From NCBI GenBank assembly GCA_033856025.1, contig JAWVFQ010000030.1, positions 4,239 through 68,238 of the forward strand: a DNA stretch of 64,000 nt. Direction: 5' to 3'. A program made the translations under genes and the position numbers. Origin of the DNA: Solirubrobacteraceae bacterium. GTDB taxonomy: Bacteria; Actinomycetota; Thermoleophilia; Solirubrobacterales; Solirubrobacteraceae. Of this stretch, positions 9,978 through 19,583 are shown piece after piece. Every line of letters starts with the position of its first letter. Within the stretch, counting starts at the first letter, position 1. The notes below the pieces were generated by a model. That model was not told the DNA's origin and made no database searches. It saw nothing but the letters and a program-made list of their open reading frames with translations.

Positions 9978-11156
9978 TCAGGGCAGGGCCGAGACGGGCG
10001 CTGGCTCCGGGGCGGCCGCCGGCGCGTCGAGGACGTCCTCCGCCGTGTCCAGCTCGGAGACGATCGAGTCTATTTCCGACCGCTGCAGATCGGGCGCGGC
10101 CGCCTTGACCCTCCTGCGGGCCGAACGGACCGCCTTCTTGGCGCGAGGCCGGCCGACGGCCGGTCTCGGCGTGGTGCCCCGGACGAACACGCCCTGGAGT
10201 GAGCGGTACCCGTAGATCGCGAGGAGCGCCAGCGCGGCAAAGAGCAGCCCGGGCACGAGGTACTTCTCCGTGGTCCCGCCGCCCAGGTCGAGGTCGCGGG
10301 ACACGAGGTAGACGACAATGAGCTGTCCACCGCCGCCGCCGAGCGCGATCGCCGAGGCCGCCAGCAGCCCGCCCGCGGTGAACTCCCCCTTGGCCCGCGT
10401 CTGGGAGGTGATGGCGACGATCCCCGCGGCTCCGATCAGCGCGGCGGAGATGGCGCCTGCGATCGTCACCACCGCGAGCGCGCCCGCGGCGGCGGCGCCC
10501 AGGACCTGCTTGAGCAGGTCCGACGAGCCGAGGACACCGGCCAGCAGGCCTCCCACGACGGTGACGTTGCTGGCCCAGCTGCCGCCGAAGCTCCACGACG
10601 CGCCGACGTATGGCAGCGCCTGGTCCAGGCGCCGGTGCACATCGCCCTTCGGGTCCCAGGCCACGAAGGCGGCCAGGCTCACGGCGGCGCCCGCGCCGAG
10701 CGTCACCAGGAACCACCACAGCACGCCCCAGTCCGGCTTCGAGGGCACCGGCGCCTTCAGCGCGGCGACCACCGGAAGCGACGTTGCCGTGGCGCCGTTG
10801 CCCGCGGTCAGCGTCAGCGCGAGCTTCTTCGTCGCGAGGTCACACGCGGCCGGGACCGTGACCGTGAAGATCGTGTGCTGCGCCGCCGGGAGCCGGGCGC
10901 TGTGGTCCAGCTGCGGCGCGCAGCCGACCTTGGCGACCGCCGGCCTAGCCGTGACTGCGAGGGCGGCGTTCGACAAGTTGGTCAGCCCGACCGCGGTCGT
11001 CCAACCGCCGCCGTTCGCTTCGGCCAGCGCGACCTCACCGCTGTCGAGCGCCACCGGCGACGGCGTGGCCAACGCTGCCGGCGCCGTGAGGAGGGCGAGC
11101 ACCAGGGCTATGAGGAGGGACCGAATTGCCATCTTCCGGTCCGAACCTACGCCCAT
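9978..11156 (-). CDS. hypothetical integral membrane protein (signal peptide, ectodomain, multiple TM helices)
   Basis: 392 aa. N-terminal MAIRSLLIALVLALLTAPAALA-type signal; about 150 aa soluble region, then several hydrophobic helices and a basic tail. An alternative ATG start is at 11132. Confidence 0.6.
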   Translation of the reverse strand: MGVGSDRKMAIRSLLIALVLALLTAPAALATPSPVALDSGEVALAEANGGGWTTAVGLTNLSNAALAVTARPAVAKVGCAPQLDHSARLPAAQHTIFTVTVPAACDLATKKLALTLTAGNGATATSLPVVAALKAPVPSKPDWGVLWWFLVTLGAGAAVSLAAFVAWDPKGDVHRRLDQALPYVGASWSFGGSWASNVTVVGGLLAGVLGSSDLLKQVLGAAAAGALAVVTIAGAISAALIGAAGIVAITSQTRAKGEFTAGGLLAASAIALGGGGGQLIVVYLVSRDLDLGGGTTEKYLVPGLLFAALALLAIYGYRSLQGVFVRGTTPRPAVGRPRAKKAVRSARRRVKAAAPDLQRSEIDSIVSELDTAEDVLDAPAAAPEPAPVSALP

Positions 11157-11196
11157 CGAGCGCCTTTGCGCAGAAAAGTTTGAGCGGCTTGGCGCG

Positions 11197-12210
11197 CTAC
11201 GGCTTGGCCGGGGCGGCCCACTGGGCCTCGGCGAGGTCGCCGAGGGGCATGCCCTCGGGCGTGGGGACCTCGGGGGTGTCGCGCAGGTACCACTCGGCGT
11301 CCAGCGCGGCCTGGCAGCCCATCGCGGCGGCGGTGACCGCCTGGCGGTAGGTGTGGTCGACCACGTCGCCCGCGGCGAACACGCCCGGGCGGTTGGTGCG
11401 GGTGGAGCGGCCCTCGGTGACGATGTAGCCGTTCTCGTCGACGTCGACCTGACTCTGGACGAGCTCGGACTGCGGCTCGTGGCCGATGGCGATGAACGTC
11501 CCGACGTTCTCGAGCTCGCGCTCCTCCCCGGTGTCGGTCTGGCGCAGGCGCGCGGTCGGGAGCTTCTGCCCCTCGCGGGGCTCGAACCCCTCGACGACGT
11601 AGGGCGTGAGGAACTCGATGTTGTCCGCGTCGCGGGCGCGCTCGAGCATGATCTTCGAGGCGCGGAACTCGGGCCGGCGGTGCACGATCGAGACCCTGTC
11701 GGCGAACTTGGCCAGGAAGGTGGCCTCCTCCATCGCCGAGTCGCCGCCGCCCACGATCACGGTCTGCGCGCCCTTGTAGAAGGCGGCGTCGCAGGTGGCG
11801 CAGTAGGAGACGCCGCGGCCGCCGAGCTCCTCCTCGCCGGGGACGCCCAGCTTCTTGTGCTCGGCGCCCATCGCCAGGACCACGGACCGGGCGCGGTGCT
11901 CGGTCTCGCCCACCCACACGCGGTGCACTCCGCCGGGCTCGCTCGCCAGCTCCACCTTGGTGGCCTGGTCGGTCACGAACCGGGTGCCGAAGCGCTCGGC
12001 CTGGTTGCGGAAGTCCTGCATCATCTCCGGGCCCATGACTCCCTCGGGATAGCCGGGGTAGTTCTCGACGTCGGTCGTCTGCTGCAGCAGGCCGCCCCAT
12101 GCCCAGCCCTCGATGACCAGCGGGTTGAGGTTCGCGCGCGACGTGTAGAGCGCCGCCGTGTAGCCGGCGGGGCCGCTTCCGACGATGATGACGTTCTCGA
12201 TCTCGCTCAT
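11197..12210 (-). CDS. trxB: thioredoxin-disulfide reductase
   Basis: Motifs GSGPAGYTAA (FAD), CATCDA (redox CxxC) and GGGDSAMEEA (NADPH). Start overlaps the upstream stop as ATGA. Confidence 0.92.
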   Translation of the reverse strand: MSEIENVIIVGSGPAGYTAALYTSRANLNPLVIEGWAWGGLLQQTTDVENYPGYPEGVMGPEMMQDFRNQAERFGTRFVTDQATKVELASEPGGVHRVWVGETEHRARSVVLAMGAEHKKLGVPGEEELGGRGVSYCATCDAAFYKGAQTVIVGGGDSAMEEATFLAKFADRVSIVHRRPEFRASKIMLERARDADNIEFLTPYVVEGFEPREGQKLPTARLRQTDTGEERELENVGTFIAIGHEPQSELVQSQVDVDENGYIVTEGRSTRTNRPGVFAAGDVVDHTYRQAVTAAAMGCQAALDAEWYLRDTPEVPTPEGMPLGDLAEAQWAAPAKP

Positions 12211-13346
12211 ACTTCACTTTGTATAGTAGCGCGCTCCTCCCGCCACCGGGCGACGGTGCGACGGAGCGCAAGATAGGCCAGGGCCCCCGGGAACGTCGGC
12301 AGCCAGAAGGCGAACGCGCGGTAGGACAGGACGGCGACCAGCGCGTAGCTCTTGTCGACGTCGAACAGGATGAAGGCGCCGATCATCCCGCCGTCCACCC
12401 CGCCGATGCCGCCGGGGAGCGGGAGCAGGTTGCCGAGCATCCCCACGAAGTAGGCCATGACGATCACCGCGAAGTACGGCGGGTTGTCGCCGAAGGCGTG
12501 AAAGGCCGCCCACAGGACGCAGATGTCGAAGCCCCACCACATGAACGCCCCCAGGACGCCCACCCGGCGCTCGCGGACCAGCATGATCGCGGTGCGCACG
12601 CCGGTCGCGACGGAGGCCGGCGCCGTGGCCAGGCGCTGGGCCAGGCGAACCAGCCGCATCCGCCGGTGGCCGGTGCCCCAGCGCGCGACGACGCGCTCGA
12701 AGTCCGAGGGCAACAGCGAGATCGCCAGCAGGACCACCACGGCGAACGCCGCCAACCCGGCCGGGACGATCGTCACCGCGACCGGGTCGGGGCCGTTGAA
12801 CACCCCGAAGTGCAGGCCCAGGCCGAACACGATCAGCGCCAGCATGTAGACGGCGTAGAGCAGGACGAGGAACGCCACCATCCGGCAGGCCACCGTGCGG
12901 CGCTCCATCCCCGAGCGCCGCAGCGCCCAGGCCGTCAGCGCGATGCCGCCCGCGCCCGCCGCGTTGAGCAGCCGGGTCGCCGCCAGCGCGGCCATCGTGA
13001 TCTGGAAGCTCTCGGACCAGTCGATCCTGGAGTCCCCGCGCACGAACACCGTGCGGAACAGCAGGACGTAGCCGCCCCACGCGCACGCCTCCAGCACGAT
13101 GGCCACGGCCAGCCACACCGGGTCCCCGTGCTTGATGCGCCTCCACGTGTTGTCCAGCCCGGCGAGCTGGGGCAGGAAGAAGTACAGGAACCCCACCGCG
13201 AGGATGACGAACAGTCCGAACAAGAGCCACGTGCGGCGCGACAGGCGCGCCGCCGGCATGGCCTCGTCGAGGTCCTCCTGCGTCGCGACGTTGGCCTCGG
13301 TCACGGGCGCGGTGGACTCGTCGTGCGTGATGGCCTGGTCGCTCAT
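12207..13346 (-). CDS. lysylphosphatidylglycerol-synthase-TM-like (UPF0104, flippase-like) membrane protein
   Basis: 379 aa and polytopic. The C-terminal LPLPGGIGGVDGG motif is typical of this family as I recall it. Confidence 0.6.
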   Translation of the reverse strand: MSDQAITHDESTAPVTEANVATQEDLDEAMPAARLSRRTWLLFGLFVILAVGFLYFFLPQLAGLDNTWRRIKHGDPVWLAVAIVLEACAWGGYVLLFRTVFVRGDSRIDWSESFQITMAALAATRLLNAAGAGGIALTAWALRRSGMERRTVACRMVAFLVLLYAVYMLALIVFGLGLHFGVFNGPDPVAVTIVPAGLAAFAVVVLLAISLLPSDFERVVARWGTGHRRMRLVRLAQRLATAPASVATGVRTAIMLVRERRVGVLGAFMWWGFDICVLWAAFHAFGDNPPYFAVIVMAYFVGMLGNLLPLPGGIGGVDGGMIGAFILFDVDKSYALVAVLSYRAFAFWLPTFPGALAYLALRRTVARWREERATIQSEV

Positions 13347-13349
13347 CGT

Positions 13350-14330
13350 CTAGGCCGCCTGGGCTCGGGACTCGAGGCGCTGGACGGTGCGCGAGAACGC
13401 GGAGAACGCCGGGGCGGCGTGCGGCGCGGCGCGGCGCACGGACTCCGTGAGGGCGAGGCCCGCGATGAGGTCGATGAGGTAGTGCTCGCCCAGGTAGACC
13501 AGCGCCAGTCCCAGGGTGGCGGCGTACGTCCACCCCACCGCGCCCGCGACCGGTCCCGTGTCCGACAGCACGTGGGCGGCCATCACGGATGTGGCGAAGT
13601 GCAGCGACGGCATGGCGGCGAGAGGGTTCCCCGCCAGAAAACTGTAGAGGGGGGCCCAACCTCGCTTCCAGAACTGCTCGCCGTACTCGATCATCATGCG
13701 CCGCACGGCGGGGAAGCGCCCGTTGCCCAGGCGACCCTCCTGCGCGGCGAACCACGGCGGAGCGGTGGGCAGCGCCCAGTAGACGATGCTCCCGAGGTCG
13801 AAGACCGCGTAGGTCTGCGCGGCGGCACGCGGGAACTGGTCGCGGTGGAAGGCCAGGACGTAGGCGATCGAGCTGTGGGGGACCAGGAACCAGATCCAGT
13901 GCGCCCACACGAGCGGCTTCTCGTGCGCGCGGATGTGGTCGGGCCGGGCGAACACGTGCTGCAGGCGCTGGGTCGGCGTCGCGCCGAGGCCCAGCACTCG
14001 GTCGATGCGTCCCGGGTAGTCGATGCGCACGCGGCGCCGCAGCGCCTCGGCATCGTCGTTGGGCATCTCGTACGCCGCTATGTAGGCCCACATCTGCAGG
14101 ACGCACGTGCCCACGTCGCGGCGCCACGAGCGCGGCACGGCGATGGACAGCCCGACGGGCGCGGCCGCCGCGGTGGCGAGCACGACCGGCGCCCGCAGGT
14201 TCAGCCGGCGGCGCACGAGCGGCGCGGCCACGCCGGCCGCGACCGCGACCCACGCCGCTGTCCGCAGTGCCCTCGCCACGCGCGCACTATAGGCAGAGCG
14301 CCGGTCCCCGCCTCGTATGGTTCGGGACAT
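13350..14330 (-). CDS. PAP2-superfamily membrane protein (inositol-phosphorylceramide-synthase-like PAP2_C type)
   Basis: Start set at internal Met 71 of the track ORF (MSRTIRGG..), because the upstream part is Ala/Pro/Ser junk. Motifs PSLHFATS and GEHYLIDLIAG. Confidence 0.6.
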   Translation of the reverse strand: MSRTIRGGDRRSAYSARVARALRTAAWVAVAAGVAAPLVRRRLNLRAPVVLATAAAAPVGLSIAVPRSWRRDVGTCVLQMWAYIAAYEMPNDDAEALRRRVRIDYPGRIDRVLGLGATPTQRLQHVFARPDHIRAHEKPLVWAHWIWFLVPHSSIAYVLAFHRDQFPRAAAQTYAVFDLGSIVYWALPTAPPWFAAQEGRLGNGRFPAVRRMMIEYGEQFWKRGWAPLYSFLAGNPLAAMPSLHFATSVMAAHVLSDTGPVAGAVGWTYAATLGLALVYLGEHYLIDLIAGLALTESVRRAAPHAAPAFSAFSRTVQRLESRAQAA

Positions 14331-15282
14331 GGACCGGGTCGCCGTCACCGGGGCGGGAGGCTTCATCGGGGCCGCGGTCTGCCGGCGGCTGGCGGCGGAC
14401 GGCGCGGAGGTGCTCGGGCTCGACCTTCCGGCGGCCGCGGAGAGGGTCCAGGCGGCGGGCGCTCGGTTCCTCGCGTGCGACGTCACCGACGCGGCGGCGG
14501 TGGCCGGGGCGCTGGCCGGCGTCCCGCGCGTCGTGCACACCGCGGCGATCGTGTCCGACTGGGGTCCGCAGGCCGACTTCGTGCGCGTGAACGTGGACGG
14601 GACGCGCCATGTGCTGGAGGCGGCGCGCGACGCCGAGCGGGTGGTGCACGTGTCGTCGGTGGCGATCTGGGGGCACGCGTTCGATACCGACGTGGACGAG
14701 GACGAGCCGCCGCGGCCGTCGGGCGATCCCTACGTGGACACAAAGGGCGCGTCGGACGCTCTGGCCCGCGCCGCCGGCGCCGCGGTGGTGCGCCCGGGCG
14801 ACGTGTACGGGCCCGGCTCGGTCCCCTGGGCGATCCGCCCGCTCCAGGCGCTGCGCGCGGGGCGCTTCGCCGTGCCGCGCCGCGGGCTGATGACGCCGGT
14901 GTACGTGGACGACCTGGTCGAGCTGATCGTCCTGGCGCTGACCCGTCCCGAGGCCGCCGGGCGCACGTTCGTGGGCTGGGAGGGGCCGCCGGTCCCCGTG
15001 CGCGACTTCTTCGACCGCTACGCCCGGATGTCGGGACGCCGGCGCACGCCCGCGCTGCCCGCCCGGCTCCTGCACGCGGCGGCCGCGGCCGACGAGGCGC
15101 TCGCGCGGCGGCTCGGCCGCGCGCCCACGGCGACCCGCTGGGCCATCTCCTACCTGTCGCGCCGCGCCGCCTACCGGGCGTCGCGGGCGCAGGACCTGCT
15201 CGGCTGGCACCCGCGCGTGGACCTCGACGAGGGCATGCGCCGCACGGAGGCCTGGGCGCGGGCCGAGGGCCTGCTTGACTAG
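14317..15282 (+). CDS. NAD-dependent epimerase/dehydratase family protein
   Basis: Motifs VTGAGGFIGAAV (GxxGxxG) and YVDTK (YxxxK). An alternative ATG at 14329 would give the more typical short N-terminus. Confidence 0.85.
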   Translation: MVRDMDRVAVTGAGGFIGAAVCRRLAADGAEVLGLDLPAAAERVQAAGARFLACDVTDAAAVAGALAGVPRVVHTAAIVSDWGPQADFVRVNVDGTRHVLEAARDAERVVHVSSVAIWGHAFDTDVDEDEPPRPSGDPYVDTKGASDALARAAGAAVVRPGDVYGPGSVPWAIRPLQALRAGRFAVPRRGLMTPVYVDDLVELIVLALTRPEAAGRTFVGWEGPPVPVRDFFDRYARMSGRRRTPALPARLLHAAAAADEALARRLGRAPTATRWAISYLSRRAAYRASRAQDLLGWHPRVDLDEGMRRTEAWARAEGLLD

Positions 15283-15286
15283 AAGC

Positions 15287-16135
15287 ATGGCCGATCCCGC
15301 CGTCCGCATGTCCCGGGTGCAGCTGCGCGTCGAGGACGTCCCGCGCGCGGCCGGCTGGTACGAGCGGGTGGTCGGGCTGGAGCCGCGCGACGTGTCGGAC
15401 GAGGCCGGCGAGCTCGTCTCCCCGGGCCGCGGCGAGGTGCTGGTGGCCCTTCGCCGCTCCTCCGCCCCGGGGCCGTCGCCGCGCCAGGCCGCCGGCCTGT
15501 TCCACACCGCGTTCCTCTATCCGCGGCGCCCCCAGCTGGGCGCGGCGCTGCGCCGGGTGGCCGAGTCGCGCGAGCCGCTGTCCGGCGCGTCGGACCACCT
15601 GGCCTCCGAGGCGCTCTACCTGGACGACCCCGACGCGCTGGGCATCGAGCTCTACGCCGACCGGCCGCGGGAGACCTGGCCCCGGGACGAGTCGGGGCGC
15701 TATGTCCTGGACACGCTGCCGCTGGACCTGCAGGACCTCGTGTCCGCGGGCGAGCCCGAGGGCGGCGAGTCCGACGACGTGGAGGTGGGCCACGTGCATC
15801 TCAAGGTGGCCGACCTCGACGCGTCCGTGCGCTTCTGGCGGGGCGTCGGGATGGACCTGTCCGCGACGCTCCCGCGCGCGGGCTTCCTGTCCACCGGCGG
15901 CTACCACCACCACATCGGCGTCAACACCTGGTTCTCCGAGGGACGGCCGCTGGAGCCGGCGGACGGGCCGGGGCTGGACGCGGTCGTCGCCGCCGTGGCG
16001 GGCGACCCCGGTCTGGAGGAGGCGCGGGCCCGGCTGGAGGCGGCCGGCGCGGTCGTCGAGAGCGCCAACGGATCCCTGGTCACGCGCACCCCCGACGGCG
16101 TGCGCGTGGTGCTCGAGCCCGACGCGCGGGCCTAG
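15287..16135 (+). CDS. VOC (glyoxalase / extradiol dioxygenase) family protein, two-domain
   Basis: Two VOC repeats (VQLRVEDVPRAAGWY.. and HVHLKVADLDASVRFW). I chose the ATG at 15287; the track ORF starts at a TTG at 15275. Confidence 0.75.
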   Translation: MADPAVRMSRVQLRVEDVPRAAGWYERVVGLEPRDVSDEAGELVSPGRGEVLVALRRSSAPGPSPRQAAGLFHTAFLYPRRPQLGAALRRVAESREPLSGASDHLASEALYLDDPDALGIELYADRPRETWPRDESGRYVLDTLPLDLQDLVSAGEPEGGESDDVEVGHVHLKVADLDASVRFWRGVGMDLSATLPRAGFLSTGGYHHHIGVNTWFSEGRPLEPADGPGLDAVVAAVAGDPGLEEARARLEAAGAVVESANGSLVTRTPDGVRVVLEPDARA

Positions 16136-16167
16136 CCGCGCGCGGCCTCGCCTAGGCTGCCTCGCCG

Positions 16168-18087
16168 ATGTGCGGCATCGCCGGATGTGTCTGCCCGCCC
16201 GGGTCCGAGCCGGACCGCTCGGCCCTGGAGCGGATGTCCGCCGCGCTGGCCCACCGGGGCCCCGACGACGCGGGAGTCGAGGTCGTGGGCAACGCCGGGC
16301 TGGTCCACCGGCGCCTGTCGATCGTCGACCCCTCGCCCGCCGGCCACGGCCCGATGGCGCTGGACGGGGGGCGCTGGTGGCTGACCTACAACGGCGAGGT
16401 GTTCAACCACCTCGAGCTGCGCGCGCGGCTGGGGGACCGCGACTGGCGGGGCGGCACGGACACCGAGACGCTGCTGCACGCGCTGGACGCCTGGGGCGAG
16501 GAGGCGATCGCGCGCTGCAACGGCCTCTACGCCTTCGCCGCGCTGGACCGCGAGCGCGGGCGCCTGCTCCTGGTCCGCGACCGCTTCGGCGTCAAGCCGC
16601 TCTACGTCGCGCGCCACGCGGGCGCGCTGTGGTTCGCGTCGGAGATCGGCGCGCTGGTCGCGGCGGGCGTTCCTCGGGTCGCGCGGCCCGAGGTGGTGCG
16701 CCACGCCGTCGCCTACGGCTGGGCGGGCGGGACGCCGACCCCGCTGGAGGGCATCGACGCGGTGGCCCCCGGGACGCTGCTCGACGTCGACCTGACGACG
16801 CTGGAGGCCCGCGAGCGCCGCTGGTACGACCCGGCGGGCGCCGTGGACCCCGAGCGCGCCGAGGCGTTGTCGCGGCTGCCGCGCGCCGAGCTCGCCGCGG
16901 CCGTCGAGGCCGAGCTGCGCGCCTCCGTCCGCCGCCGGCTGATGGCCGACGTCCCCGTGGGGACGATGTGCTCGGGCGGGCTCGACTCCTCGCTGATCAC
17001 GGCGTTCGCCCGCGACGCGCACCCGCGGATCGTGGCCTACAACGCCTCGGTGGCCGACCAGCCGGGCGCGGACGAGGGGCCGTGGGCGCGGCTGGTGGCG
17101 CGCGAGCTGGGCGTGGAGCTGCGCACCGCGCGGCTGGACGCGGACTCGTGGCGCGCCGGCCTCGTGCCCGCCGTGGTCCACAACGAGCTGCCGCTCATGC
17201 ACGAGAGCTCGGTGCCGATGGCGATGATCGCCGCCCTGGCCCGCGCGGACGGGGTCAAGGTCCTGCTGTCCGGCGAGGGCGCGGACGAGCTGTTCGCCGG
17301 CTACGACTTCCTGCACGCGGGCGAGTACGCGGCGCTGCTGCCGCCGGCGCTCCGCACGCGCCAGCGGGCGGAGGTGCTCCGGGCGCGCCTGGCCGCCCTG
17401 GCGCGCCGAAGGGGCCGCGGGTTGGGGCAGGCCCTCGGCCGGCGGTTCGCCGACGGGCCATTCGCAGCCGGACGCTTCGGCCGCCGGGCGACCGGCGACG
17501 GAACCGGCGGCTCCGCGTCCGTCCTGCTCCCCGCCTGGGCGCCCGGCGCAGCGGCGCACGCCGAGGCGGTGCGCGCGCGGGCCGCCGCGGCCTACGCCCA
17601 CCATCCCGGGCCGCGCGGCGCGCTGGAGGCGGCGCTGCTCGGCGACCTCTCCACGTACCTCCCCCACCTCCTCAACCGCCAGGACAAGAACACGATGCAG
17701 GCGTCGATCGAGACCCGGGTCCCCTTCCTGGACCCCGCGGTCGTCGCGCTGGCGCTGAATCTTCCGATCGAGGCCCGCACGCGCCCGCTGCGCAAGGGAG
17801 TGCTGCGCGACCTCGGCGCGGCCCACCTCCCGCCGCGCGTGGCGCGCCGCGCCAAGGTCGGCTTCGGCTTCGACGTGCGCCGCTACCTCGACGGCGCCGC
17901 GCGGCCGGCGTTCCTGCGCGACGGCGCGCTGCGCAACGTGTTCGAGCTCCCGCGCGACGCCTGGGCCGGCGTCGTCGCCCACGCCTCCCCGGCCCACGCC
18001 CTGCGCCTGTGGTCCGGCGAGGCCTGGTGGCGGCTGTTCGTGGACGGCGCCGCACCGGACGCCGTCGAGCGCGACCTCTGGCGCTAG
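16168..18087 (+). CDS. asnB: asparagine synthase (glutamine-hydrolysing)
   Basis: MCGIAG N-terminal nucleophile, and the SGGLDSS PP-loop motif; 639 aa. Confidence 0.9.
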   Translation: MCGIAGCVCPPGSEPDRSALERMSAALAHRGPDDAGVEVVGNAGLVHRRLSIVDPSPAGHGPMALDGGRWWLTYNGEVFNHLELRARLGDRDWRGGTDTETLLHALDAWGEEAIARCNGLYAFAALDRERGRLLLVRDRFGVKPLYVARHAGALWFASEIGALVAAGVPRVARPEVVRHAVAYGWAGGTPTPLEGIDAVAPGTLLDVDLTTLEARERRWYDPAGAVDPERAEALSRLPRAELAAAVEAELRASVRRRLMADVPVGTMCSGGLDSSLITAFARDAHPRIVAYNASVADQPGADEGPWARLVARELGVELRTARLDADSWRAGLVPAVVHNELPLMHESSVPMAMIAALARADGVKVLLSGEGADELFAGYDFLHAGEYAALLPPALRTRQRAEVLRARLAALARRRGRGLGQALGRRFADGPFAAGRFGRRATGDGTGGSASVLLPAWAPGAAAHAEAVRARAAAAYAHHPGPRGALEAALLGDLSTYLPHLLNRQDKNTMQASIETRVPFLDPAVVALALNLPIEARTRPLRKGVLRDLGAAHLPPRVARRAKVGFGFDVRRYLDGAARPAFLRDGALRNVFELPRDAWAGVVAHASPAHALRLWSGEAWWRLFVDGAAPDAVERDLWR

Positions 18088-18130
18088 CGGTTGCGGTTGA
18101 CCGCGCTATAGGCGGCTAACCACACCCGCT

Positions 18131-18901
18131 TCAGGGACCGGCCCCCTCGGTGGCCGTTTTGCCGCCACGAAGCGTCGCGGCCGCGGCGGCCGCGGTCTCC
18201 TCGGAGAGCCAGCCGGCGTCGGTGGCGGGATCGGCCGGCGCGGCCAGGGCGGCCTCGGCGGCGGCGATCGCGGGCCCGCGCAGCTGGCGCTTGATCTCGC
18301 CGTAGGCGAAGTGCGGGAGGGCGGCGAGCTCGGCGGCGACCTCCAGGGCGCGGGGCACGACGTCGTCCGGTGCGGCGAGCTCGTCCACCAGGTCGAGCTC
18401 CAGCGCCTCGGGCGGCTCGTAGAGGCGCGCGCGCAGGACCAGCTGGCGCGCCACCGGCGGGGCGAGCTCGGCCTGGACGACGGTCATCGCCACGGCCGGG
18501 TACGGGATGCCCGCCCTCAGCTCGGTCAGACCGAGCCGCCCCTCGGTCGCGCCGACTCGGTGGTCCGCGCACAGCGCCAGGATCAGGCCGCCGGCGATCG
18601 CGTGGCCGGTCACGGCGCAGACGACGGGCCGCGGGAAGGCGTACCAGCCGGCGAACAGGCGGTTGATGGCGGCGGCCATGTCGCGCTGGCCGGCCGCGTC
18701 CAGCGTCGGCGCGAGCTTGAGGTCCAGGCCGGCGGAGAAGAACCCCGGCCGCCCGGCGAGCACCACCGCGCCAGGATCGTCCGCCGCCAGCTCGGCCAGC
18801 ACGTCGTGGCCCGCCGCGAGCAGCTCGAGGTCCATGGCGTTGGCCGGCGGCCGGTCGATGGTCACCAGCGCGACGTCGCCGCGCGCCTCGACGGAGATCA
18901 C
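18131..18901 (-). CDS. enoyl-CoA hydratase/isomerase family protein
   Basis: Crotonase motifs FFSAGLDLK and VTGHAIAGGLILALCADHRV. Confidence 0.85.
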   Translation of the reverse strand: MISVEARGDVALVTIDRPPANAMDLELLAAGHDVLAELAADDPGAVVLAGRPGFFSAGLDLKLAPTLDAAGQRDMAAAINRLFAGWYAFPRPVVCAVTGHAIAGGLILALCADHRVGATEGRLGLTELRAGIPYPAVAMTVVQAELAPPVARQLVLRARLYEPPEALELDLVDELAAPDDVVPRALEVAAELAALPHFAYGEIKRQLRGPAIAAAEAALAAPADPATDAGWLSEETAAAAAATLRGGKTATEGAGP

Positions 18902-18941
18902 GCGACCGCCGCCGCGCCGAGGGGAGTGGACGGCGCGACCA

Positions 18942-19583
18942 TCACGCCACCGCCGCCGCGTCGAACGGGATCGCCGTTGCGCGGAGAGTGCGGGTCCGCT
19001 GCGCCGCCACCTCCGGGTCGGTCGCCTGGGCGGCGACGAAGTCCTCCAGCGCCACCCCGGGGGCGAGGTCGTCGCGGACGGCGGCCAGGATCCCGCGCTC
19101 GTCGAGCGCGGGCCACACGCGGTCGCGCACCGGGATCGCCGCGACTCCGACCGGCGCTCCGTTCCGGCGCAGCGCGCCGTGCTTGGACATGTAGGCGCTC
19201 AGACCTTCATCGAGCTCGACGAAGTCGTAGTTGGGCTCGGTCGAGTGGACTCGTGCCAGCTCGGCCTCCGTCAGGTGGATTACGTGGACCGACGCCACGG
19301 CGCCCGGACACGGCAGAAGCGTCCCCGGGATCGCTCCGTACGGCGACACGTGCGCCGAGTAGACGACGTCGAAGCCCGCCAGCTCGCCGGCCACGACCGG
19401 CACGCGCGCCGACGCCGCCATGTCGCCCAGCTTCGCGGCCAGCCTGGCCGGCGACGCGTTGGCGCCGAAGGCCAGGACGGCCACGCGCCCGGCCGGGACC
19501 TCGCCCCGCCAGTCCAGCGGCCGCCCCGCGTCGAGCAGGTAGGAGCCACGCGGGATTCCGAACGGGTAGTCCAGCGCCCTCAT
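18942..19583 (-). CDS. gamma-glutamylcyclotransferase-like (AIG2/GGCT fold) protein
   Basis: 213 aa, taken from the internal Met MRALDYP of the track ORF. VLAFGANASPARLAAKLG matches the YGSN..L signature, and a downstream ..STEPNYDFVEL Glu is present. ATGA overlap with the upstream gene. Confidence 0.6.
   Translation of the reverse strand: MRALDYPFGIPRGSYLLDAGRPLDWRGEVPAGRVAVLAFGANASPARLAAKLGDMAASARVPVVAGELAGFDVVYSAHVSPYGAIPGTLLPCPGAVASVHVIHLTEAELARVHSTEPNYDFVELDEGLSAYMSKHGALRRNGAPVGVAAIPVRDRVWPALDERGILAAVRDDLAPGVALEDFVAAQATDPEVAAQRTRTLRATAIPFDAAAVA

Noticed and set aside
18085-18130. Bidirectional terminator between convergent asnB and the enoyl-CoA hydratase gene.
   Set aside because: Only a 4-bp GCGG/CCGC stem can be drawn, which is too weak to report.
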